Shown here: positions 1 through 6,472 of the stretch, piece by piece | Layout of the letters: each line of letters opens with the position of its first letter | Numbering within the stretch: the first letter of the stretch is position 1 | Virus record (IMG/VR): IMGVR_UViG_2547132278_000008 | Span: 1-12,292 of that record | Length of the DNA: 12,292 nucleotides | Origin: a virus | Taxonomy: Duplodnaviria; Heunggongvirae; Uroviricota; Caudoviricetes | Reading direction: 5' to 3' (one strand) | The notes under the pieces: model-generated | Databases searched by the model: none | What the model saw: only the letters and a program-made list of their open reading frames with translations | Told to the model about the DNA's origin: nothing | Position numbers and translations under genes: made by a program

Positions 1-769
<769 letters not shown>

Positions 770-774
770 AACAA

Positions 775-814
775 AAGCCTGCTTTAAAGAGAGTTTGAAG
801 CAGGCTTTCTTTTA
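775..814 (+). terminator. Rho-independent terminator after the exonuclease remnant
   Basis: 10-bp stem AAGCCTGCTT (775-784) pairs with AAGCAGGCTT (799-808), followed by TCTTTT. Confidence 0.6.
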
Positions 815-929
815 AAGAACAGTCGCCTTTCAATCATTTCCTGCCTGTATTTAATACTTTTCCGCCTGATAGGTTTAGTCAAAATGCAGCCATCGAAACG
901 CAAATGTAACCAAACAGAAGGAGACTTAC

Positions 930-1739
930 ATGAGTTCGGTTGAAAATGTAATGACAAATGATGATCTGGACGAGCTGACAGCCATGTTGCAATCACTTGA
1001 TGAACCAGTAAAAAAAGCTGCACAGGTTGAAAATACTGATGATATTGACGATCTGCTGCTCGGCCTAGATGCTGGCGTAGCCATGAGTTCTGATGATGTT
1101 GCCGAAGAACTGTTCAATGAAGAAAAAGCAGGTGATTTCAGCTCTACTTTAAATGAGTTGGAGTTAGCGCATGAGCCTATAAACGTAATTAACGCTGAAA
1201 GTGTTGAAGCTGCCGAAAACGAGCCAGAACAATTGGGATTTATTGAGGTTGAAGAGTGTGTTGAGGTTAATGATGAATTAAAAGTTCAACAGTCAAATGA
1301 TAGCAATACAAATAAAAAAGCTCGTACTGCAAGAGGTCCTCGTTTTACTTTAAGTGATAAAGATGATTCGTTTTTCAATAAAGCGGGCTTAGAAAAAGAT
1401 ATTTTCTTAGACGCTTACGATAACGCGCCTGTCAAAGCAAAGGATAAGATATTAAACCTTCTTAATTGGTTTAGCGGAGGTCCAGATATTAGTGTTTACA
1501 CGGTAATTTCCATGAGACACCTTCTCACAGAAAAGAAGGCTACAAGTAATAGTATTAAGATTGCTTTAATGAGCAATCCAGAAAAACCGTATCCGCTTAA
1601 CACTGCGTCAACTCAGGCTGGGCAAATGATGGCTGTATTTCCAGCGACAGGAATTGCCGTTAGAGACGGTGGAAATCTAACATTGAACGAAGAATCACCG
1701 ATCGTTAAGAAGTTTGTCGCGGAGTACACTATTGGATGA
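930..1739 (+). CDS. Hypothetical protein with a strongly acidic N-terminal half (269 aa); candidate DNA-mimic or anti-restriction protein
   Basis: ATG at 930 with GGAG 8 nt upstream. The first ~125 residues hold roughly 35 Asp/Glu against ~4 Lys by hand count; the C-terminal half is mixed-charge. No recognised motif. Confidence 0.6.
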   Translation: MSSVENVMTNDDLDELTAMLQSLDEPVKKAAQVENTDDIDDLLLGLDAGVAMSSDDVAEELFNEEKAGDFSSTLNELELAHEPINVINAESVEAAENEPEQLGFIEVEECVEVNDELKVQQSNDSNTNKKARTARGPRFTLSDKDDSFFNKAGLEKDIFLDAYDNAPVKAKDKILNLLNWFSGGPDISVYTVISMRHLLTEKKATSNSIKIALMSNPEKPYPLNTASTQAGQMMAVFPATGIAVRDGGNLTLNEESPIVKKFVAEYTIG

Positions 1740-1815
1740 CGTTCCCCTACTTAAAATAAAGCCCATAGAGAGCTTTATAGTACTGGGTAAGCCAATCACA
1801 TACCCAGCACCACAA

Positions 1816-1864
1816 AAACGCGCCAGAGAGCTTCTCGTTTGCATTTCTGGCGCGTTTTATTTGA
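1816..1864 (+). terminator. Rho-independent terminator
   Basis: 12-bp stem AAACGCGCCAGA (1816-1827) pairs with TCTGGCGCGTTT (1846-1857), followed by TTTTATTT. Confidence 0.55.
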
Positions 1865-1922
1865 TTGCCAGACATAAAATCAAATGCAAAAATAGGTATA
1901 TACTTACCTATCGAGAAAGAAG

Positions 1923-2516
1923 ATGATTGCAGCCGAAAAAATCAAACAGCGAAAGCGCGACAACTCTCTTCGTGACCTCTGGAGAACACCTGACTGGCTG
2001 TTTTCTGCCATTCAACGTTATCTTGGAGTGACATTTGATGTTGACGTTGCCTGCAACAAGGACAATGCAAAGCTGCCTAATTTCATAGGCGTTGAGCGTG
2101 ATGCTTTGAAATCTGAATGGGGACAGCCAGGTACAATTGCCTTCCTCAATCCACCCTACTCCAAAATCTACCCCTGGATTGATGCGGCTATACGTGAGCA
2201 GGCTCGCGGAGTTACAACAGTGATGCTAATTCCTCAATCCCTAGATACAAAGTGGTATGAGCGTGCAACAGAGTGTGCGAATGAGACGATTATTCTGTCT
2301 GGTGGCCGCGTAGCGTTTGTCGAGCCTGACGTAAATCTGGGTCAGGTAGAAGTAAACATCAACCCAGGTGGCAGTATGCTCGTTGTTTTTCGAGGATTCT
2401 GTCAGGACGCTGGGCACTCTATAAGCAAGATCCCTTTGGACGTCATGAAAAGTCTGGGAGGGTATGATCCTGCGAATGTGATCAGGAAAAAAAGACCATC
2501 AAAGAAGGCTGCTTAG
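1923..2516 (+). CDS. Phage-type DNA N6-adenine methyltransferase (small Dam family, 197 aa)
   Basis: Motif IV FLNPPYS is present, and the WRTPDWLF N-terminal signature and ~200 aa size match the small phage Dam family from memory. An inverted repeat ATAGGTA...TACCTAT (1893-1912) lies just upstream of the start. Confidence 0.8.
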   Translation: MIAAEKIKQRKRDNSLRDLWRTPDWLFSAIQRYLGVTFDVDVACNKDNAKLPNFIGVERDALKSEWGQPGTIAFLNPPYSKIYPWIDAAIREQARGVTTVMLIPQSLDTKWYERATECANETIILSGGRVAFVEPDVNLGQVEVNINPGGSMLVVFRGFCQDAGHSISKIPLDVMKSLGGYDPANVIRKKRPSKKAA

Positions 2517-2537
2517 TTTGTTCTGGCGTCTGTAATT

Positions 2538-2602
2538 AGCCTGCTTCTGTATATATAAATAACCACATATTAATTATTAATATACGGAAGCAGGCTGTTT
2601 TG
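2538..2602 (+). terminator. Long-loop hairpin with T-tract (terminator-like) after the methyltransferase
   Basis: AGCCTGCTTC (2538-2547) pairs with GAAGCAGGCT (2587-2596), then GTTTTG. The loop is 39 nt and AT-rich. The stem core is the same as in the 775-808 terminator. Confidence 0.4.
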
Positions 2603-2701
2603 TATCAGAGACTCCAGACCTGAACATCACTACAGAATCCACTAGAACCCCTTCCCAGACGCTTTAAAATCGATTTTATGAACCACTTTAAGGAAACCAA
2701 C

Positions 2702-2932
2702 ATGTCATACCCGACTAATGTCGTTGCGCTCGTAGAGAGCGATTTTCTGGCCCAGGCTCGTGAAATGATGAAAGATCGTGAGCAGGCTTTCAACTTGTAC
2801 GAATGGGCAATTAAGTGCTTGCATCTTGGCGAGCATCGCGAACTTGTTGAACAGCTTTTAGGTGAGTTGATCAATGAGGTGTTTGCCTTGAATGTTCAAC
2901 TACATGGTAGAGAAAATAATCAATCACAATGA
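2702..2932 (+). CDS. Hypothetical small protein (76 aa; alternative start at 2678)
   Basis: ATG at 2702 preceded by AAGGA (2690-2694). Translation MSYPTNVVALVESDFLAQAREMMKDREQAFNLYEWAIK... has no recognised motif. Confidence 0.4.
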   Translation: MSYPTNVVALVESDFLAQAREMMKDREQAFNLYEWAIKCLHLGEHRELVEQLLGELINEVFALNVQLHGRENNQSQ

Positions 2933-3514
2933 TAGATAAGTACAAACTATTCATAAAGTGAATTGTAAGTGCTAAGATCTGATAGTTTCCAGTCGTAGAC
3001 TGGAGACTCGACCTGATGGGTGGGGGTAAGCGTCACTGGCGTCAGGTTTAAAAAAGCTCACTACCAGCGTAGAACTGGTGCCGTTTAGGTGTCGGGGAAG
3101 GGGGAACCAAAGTGAGCAGAGACAAGGGTCACTTTATGATTGTCGAGTCTGGGGTGTTTCGAGAGGTTGAATCCAGTACTCCCCTTCATAAAGTGTGGGA
3201 AGATCTCGGTTCTGGGGTGCTGTCATCCATAACTTCCCAAGTCTAAGCTGGCAGTAGACTTAGACCATAACTTTTCAGGTTATGAAACGACCAGGTTGGT
3301 GAGAGATTTTTATACTCACCTCCCTGGGAGAGTATTACCTGAAAAGACAACCTCTCACTTCGTTCGAGGTGAACTTCACTCACTTCGTTCGTTCAGTTCA
3401 GGTTTATAAAAACCTGTTCTGGGAAGTAATTTGTTTATTTTAATAATTATTAACACGCACGCGTGTGCGCACGCGCGAGGAAAAATCGGCGCGGCGCTTG
3501 ATTCAGGAGTTTAT
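2933..3514. other. ORF-free, repeat-rich and hairpin-rich intergenic region; candidate structured ncRNA, origin or regulatory hub
   Basis: No ORF of 60 aa or more on either strand. Hairpins include CCAGTC gta GACTGG (2989-3003), GGTGAG...CTCACC (3298-3320) and AGGTTT ataa AAACCT (3401-3416). Direct repeats include TCTGGGGTG at 3138-3146 and 3211-3219, and CACTTCGTTCG at 3356-3366 and 3381-3391. Confidence 0.3.
3453..3477. repeat. 25-nt perfectly alternating purine-pyrimidine tract (Z-DNA-prone) with central CACGCGTG palindrome
   Basis: ACACGCACGCGTGTGCGCACGCGCG read directly; lies about 40 bp upstream of the RNase HI start codon. Confidence 0.9.
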
Positions 3515-4105
3515 ATGACGACGAAGACACCAGCCCGATCGCAAGCAAAAACTCGCAAAAAAGACAAAAACAAAAATTCTCCCCGCACCAATCCCACAAC
3601 GCCTGTCGTAGAGTTCAATCCCCAGCTTAAAACCGTGAAAATCTTTAGTGATGGCTCTTGCCTTAAAAATCCGGGTGGCCCGGGCGGTTACGGTATCGTT
3701 CTCCAGTATCGTGGTGAGGAACGCGAGTTCTCAGATGGTTTTCATAGCACCACCAATAACCGCATGGAGATGATGGGGGCACTTATCGGGCTGGAGCGTT
3801 TGAAATATCCATGCAACGTTATTTTGCACTCTGATAGCCAGTATCTGAAAAACGGCATGACACAGTGGATGAAATGGTGGAAACGCAATGGATGGATGAC
3901 TTCTGACAAAAAACCGGTAAAGAATGTTGATCTGTGGAAGCGTCTGGATGAGGCCGCAAGTCGACATAATGTTCGCTGGAAGTGGGTTAAAGGTCACGCC
4001 GGGCATCGTGAAAATGAAATATGTGATCGACTCGCGAAGATCGCAGCTTTTTCAGCAGCAGATATGCCTCACAAGAAAGATATTGGTTTTGTTTATAACA
4101 AATAG
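3515..4105 (+). CDS. Ribonuclease HI paralog (196 aa) with a ~45-aa basic N-terminal extension
   Basis: AGGAG at 3505-3509 precedes ATG 3515. The core aligns by eye to E. coli RNase HI with all catalytic residues present: IFSDGSC (D), NNRMEMMGA (E), HSDSQY (D), [18 protein letters not shown] (H, D). The extension is Lys/Arg/Pro/Thr-rich. Confidence 0.85.
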   Translation: MTTKTPARSQAKTRKKDKNKNSPRTNPTTPVVEFNPQLKTVKIFSDGSCLKNPGGPGGYGIVLQYRGEEREFSDGFHSTTNNRMEMMGALIGLERLKYPCNVILHSDSQYLKNGMTQWMKWWKRNGWMTSDKKPVKNVDLWKRLDEAASRHNVRWKWVKGHAGHRENEICDRLAKIAAFSAADMPHKKDIGFVYNK

Positions 4106-4202
4106 TAAGTAAGTGTTTACCTATCATTTTAAATCATGTATCTTATCGGCGTCAGGATGACAATGTGTCGGTAAGACACAGTTCCAGGATGGAACGAGAA
4201 AG

Positions 4203-4224
4203 GCGGCTGGCAATCGCCAGCCGC
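4203..4224 (+). terminator. GC-rich hairpin (possible terminator or 5'UTR structure)
   Basis: GCGGCTGGC aatc GCCAGCCGC forms a 9-bp stem; the downstream tail CTCTTTCT is only weakly U-rich. Confidence 0.35.
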
Positions 4225-4253
4225 AACTCTTTCTGACACTGGATGGAGTCCAC

Positions 4254-4748
4254 ATGGCACGTCAAACCTATTTCACTTCTGTAACTAAACGTCCTCGTTC
4301 TTTACGTCAAATTTTGGCCGAATTATTTAGCGGTCGTGTTATGTCACGTCTTGATGAACTAGAGACTACCGTTCGGTTGCTGAATGAACGTTTAGATAAT
4401 CAAGCGTCAGTTGTTGCGAACGTGGGGGCGATTGTTGCCTCTGGTTCTTCACGCGAAGCGAAAAGTACACGGCCTTTAGTGAAGGAGAAAAACAACAAGG
4501 ACAGTTCGAATGGAAAATTTTCAAAGAAAGAGGCTGAAACCAATGGCCTACGTTCTCATTATAGTTTCACTGGCGACGGTAGCCGTTCCAGCCGGCCAGA
4601 GCCTTTTGATGCCGGGTTCATCCATCACCACACCTCCGTCGACGACAATTACCACCACTCCAGTAGAGCGTCCTGTCACTCTGGATGGGATGACGGTGGA
4701 TGCGATACCTCAAGTTCATCCGGTTACTCAGGATCATGCTGTGACTAA
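4254..4748 (+). CDS. Hypothetical protein; N-terminal ~85 aa look coding, C-terminal part is doubtful (overlapped by a +1 frame ORF)
   Basis: GGAG at 4245-4248 precedes ATG 4254. The N-terminus is coiled-coil-like, but after about residue 90 the translation becomes Ser/His/Cys/Gly-rich low complexity. Confidence 0.35.
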   Translation: MARQTYFTSVTKRPRSLRQILAELFSGRVMSRLDELETTVRLLNERLDNQASVVANVGAIVASGSSREAKSTRPLVKEKNNKDSSNGKFSKKEAETNGLRSHYSFTGDGSRSSRPEPFDAGFIHHHTSVDDNYHHSSRASCHSGWDDGGCDTSSSSGYSGSCCD

Positions 4749-4761
4749 GGCGGTTGTATGA
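4510..4761 (+). CDS. Small putative secreted or membrane-anchored Thr/Pro-rich protein (83 aa)
   Basis: AAGGA at 4496-4500 precedes ATG 4510. It has a signal-peptide-like N-terminus (MENFQRKRLKPMAYVLIIVSLATVAVPAGQS) and a TTPPSTTITTTP tract, and its stop overlaps the next start as ATGA. Confidence 0.4.
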   Translation: MENFQRKRLKPMAYVLIIVSLATVAVPAGQSLLMPGSSITTPPSTTITTTPVERPVTLDGMTVDAIPQVHPVTQDHAVTKAVV

Positions 4762-4946
4762 ACTGGTTTTCAAATCACTTTGGAAAAATTTGGCTGGCAA
4801 TTCTTGCCCTCATGGCCGCCGGTTGGGTATCGAACATTATAAAACTTGTTTGCTCTGGCGATCTCCAGTTTCAGGCTGGCATGACCTTGGCTCGTGTAGT
4901 TGGGATTTTTGTTTTTCCAGTCGGTTCGGTACTTGGTTATTTCTGA
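4758..4946 (+). CDS. Small membrane protein (62 aa, two predicted transmembrane helices)
   Basis: ATG 4758 overlaps the preceding stop (ATGA). Hydrophobic segments IWLAILALMAAGWV and VVGIFVFPVGSVLGYF. Confidence 0.45.
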   Translation: MNWFSNHFGKIWLAILALMAAGWVSNIIKLVCSGDLQFQAGMTLARVVGIFVFPVGSVLGYF

Positions 4947-5001
4947 CGGCTGTTAGTGCATATGCATTGACCATCTTTGCGTAAGCAATTTATGTAATTA
5001 G

Positions 5002-5020
5002 AAAACAACTTGTTTTGACA
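5002..5020. promoter_or_regulatory. Perfect palindromic operator-like site AAAACAA-C-TTGTTTT overlapping a consensus TTGACA hexamer
   Basis: Read directly at 5002-5016; TTGACA at 5015-5020. Sits 23 nt upstream of ATG 5040. A possible -35/-10 pair (TTGACC 4967-4972, TATGTA 4991-4996) lies upstream, but the promoter assignment is uncertain. Confidence 0.45.
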
Positions 5021-5039
5021 AATAATAAAAGGAAAACAC

Positions 5040-5465
5040 ATGTTAGGTTTCTTCAAAAAGAAAACTCGTAAAGCTGTTATCGAAGTCAAAAAAATGGAGA
5101 ACCGTGATGCGGTTGAGGCCACCGTGTGGGGCGCGTACATGATCTCCTATGCCGACGGCACATGTGACGCAAAAGAAATTGCCATTCTTGAGAAGACAAT
5201 TGCAGCTCTGCCTGCGTTTTCTCCGTTTGCTGGTGAAATTGCCCAAATGAGCGCCAATATCCGTGCTCGTTACGAAGCGTCCCCTCGTTCTGCTAATGCA
5301 CAGGCTATTCGTGAGCTGTCTGATATTGCGGGTACTCCAGAGGCGGTCGATGTTCTGTGTCTGTGCCTTGATATTGCCGATCAGGACGGCATTGGTGAAC
5401 AAGAAGAGCAGGCACTGAAAAAGATCGCCCAGGCGCTTCAGTTGTCACTGGATGCTTATCTCTAA
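5040..5465 (+). CDS. TerB-like (tellurite-resistance TerB family) protein, 141 aa
   Basis: AAGGA at 5029-5033 precedes ATG 5040. Two TerB-type repeats with acidic Asp-Gly motifs (ISYADGTCDAKEIAILEK and CLDIADQDGIGEQEEQALKKI) match the TerB architecture from memory. Confidence 0.7.
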   Translation: MLGFFKKKTRKAVIEVKKMENRDAVEATVWGAYMISYADGTCDAKEIAILEKTIAALPAFSPFAGEIAQMSANIRARYEASPRSANAQAIRELSDIAGTPEAVDVLCLCLDIADQDGIGEQEEQALKKIAQALQLSLDAYL

Positions 5466-5623
5466 TGCTTGAGAGATTCCGGCTTGTGATCGTCATTGCT
5501 CTTCTGGTGATGGCGGTGTTGGTGGATTTTACGGGAAAGATGATGTCTGTCATTTCTGATGGCGTCCTCATTGGTTTGGCGATCTACTTCGCTTATCCGT
5601 TAGTTCGTAAAGCAAAGTGTTAA
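5465..5623 (+). CDS. Unannotated small membrane protein (52 aa), translationally coupled to the TerB-like gene
   Basis: TAATG stop/start overlap at 5463-5467. Hand translation gives MLERFRLVIVIALLVMAVLVDFTGKMMSVISDGVLIGLAIYFAYPLVRKAKC with two hydrophobic segments. It is below the 60-aa threshold of the ORF track. Confidence 0.5.
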   Translation: MLERFRLVIVIALLVMAVLVDFTGKMMSVISDGVLIGLAIYFAYPLVRKAKC

Positions 5624-5625
5624 TG

Positions 5626-5653
5626 ACAAGGGCCATTTGGCCCTTGTGTTTCG
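5626..5653 (+). terminator. Rho-independent terminator after the TerB-like/membrane pair
   Basis: ACAAGGGCC attt GGCCCTTGT forms a 9-bp stem, then GTTTCG. Confidence 0.5.
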
Positions 5654-5730
5654 TTGACCGAAATAGAGAGTTTGCACCTTTACGTTTAGCTTGCTCCCCT
5701 TTTATGCCACATCACAATAAAGCCAATAAG

Positions 5731-5745
5731 AAAACAACTTGTTTA
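5731..5745. promoter_or_regulatory. Second copy of the operator-like palindrome (AAAACAACTTGTTTA)
   Basis: Matches the 5002-5016 site at 14 of 15 positions within a shared AGAAAACAACTTGTTT context; sits 17 nt upstream of ATG 5763. Confidence 0.45.
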
Positions 5746-5762
5746 AGCATTAAGGAAAACAC

Positions 5763-6329
5763 ATGTGCGAGAAATGCAAAGCAATAGCTGATGAACAAAA
5801 CGCCCTATTCGAAGAAATGGATGCTAATGAACTTGTCAAAATGTTAGGCATTGTTCGGGGAACAGAAGACGTTTCTATATTTGAGAGACTGTTTACAGTA
5901 CTTAATTTTAATTCCACCTTTGAAGAGCCAACTCAGGTTGTAGCTTTGGCACACCATTTCGGTGTTCATTATCTTGCCGAAAAAGAGCGCGCTAATAAGT
6001 TGCAGGCGACTTTGGATATGGTGAGCGAGACTCAAGGAACCCATGACGGTAACAATAGTGAGACGATTATTGCCAGCAAAGATCGTGAAATTGCCGGACT
6101 TAAGTCTTCTCTAACGATGTTGATGTCTGCAATCAATCTTATGTCTTCTAAAGCGGGATATAAAATGCCATCACTAAACAGTGACGATCCAATGGCCGTT
6201 CGCCAGCTTTTGGGAGCAATGGCCGACCAGCTTGATGATACGAAAAGTCGGCTTGAAGACATGATGCGGGAGCTTACGCATCGCCACGACTTGAATAAGC
6301 AACCGCACAAAACGCAATACGCACTCTAA
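5763..6329 (+). CDS. Hypothetical protein (188 aa)
   Basis: AAGGA at 5752-5756 precedes ATG 5763. No recognised motif. The gene has its own operator-like site upstream and a terminator downstream. Confidence 0.6.
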   Translation: MCEKCKAIADEQNALFEEMDANELVKMLGIVRGTEDVSIFERLFTVLNFNSTFEEPTQVVALAHHFGVHYLAEKERANKLQATLDMVSETQGTHDGNNSETIIASKDREIAGLKSSLTMLMSAINLMSSKAGYKMPSLNSDDPMAVRQLLGAMADQLDDTKSRLEDMMRELTHRHDLNKQPHKTQYAL

Positions 6330-6346
6330 TACTGCACCAGTCGACA

Positions 6347-6368
6347 GGGGGCGAAAGCCCCCATTTTT
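6347..6368 (+). terminator. Rho-independent terminator with GAAA tetraloop
   Basis: GGGGGC gaaa GCCCCC followed by ATTTTT. Confidence 0.7.
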
Positions 6369-6427
6369 ACGCCTTAAATCTGCTGTAACGCCTATGAATG
6401 CAGCTTTTATGCCTTTTTAAGTTTGCG

Positions 6428-6472
6428 ATAATTACACCAATCAGAAAACAAATTATTTAATGGTGTAATTAT
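6428..6472. promoter_or_regulatory. 12-bp perfect inverted repeat embracing a degenerate operator motif and the start codon of the 6471 gene
   Basis: ATAATTACACCA (6428-6439) pairs with TGGTGTAATTAT (6461-6472). The 21-nt spacer holds AAAACAAaTTATTTA (6445-6459), and the A and T of ATG 6471 lie inside the right arm. Confidence 0.45.

Noticed and set aside
784-1117. - strand ORFs 784..1023 and 926..1117
   Set aside because: They overlap the terminator and the start of the strongly supported 930..1739 gene, and their translations are low complexity.
1714-1926. 70-aa ORF between the acidic protein gene and the methyltransferase gene
   Set aside because: It spans a clear intrinsic terminator hairpin and the downstream promoter-like region, has no ribosome-binding site, and overlaps the end of the 930..1739 gene.
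3431-3514. Upstream TTG start for the RNase HI ORF (track ORF 3431..4105)
   Set aside because: The extension is translated through the alternating purine-pyrimidine tract and gives an implausible peptide ([15 protein letters not shown]...). ATG 3515 has a strong AGGAG site at the right spacing.
2933-3514. tRNA, tmRNA or retron ncRNA in the structured region
   Set aside because: GGTTGAATCC and GTTCGAGG resemble T-loops, but no acceptor or T stem could be paired around them. The region does not match the E. coli tmRNA or RNase P RNA sequences I can recall. No reverse transcriptase gene is present, so a retron call is unsupported.
4754-4984. 76-aa ORF in an alternative frame over the 4758..4946 gene
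   Set aside because: Its translation is Trp/Cys/Ser-rich with no hydrophobic helix pattern, whereas the 4758 frame gives a clean two-helix membrane protein coupled to the upstream stop.
5015-5020. TTGACA as the -35 element of a promoter for the 5040 gene
   Set aside because: A -10 hexamer at 17 bp spacing would fall on the start codon (ACATGT) and is not TATAAT-like. The hexamer is more likely part of the operator, with the promoter further upstream, so it is not called as a promoter.
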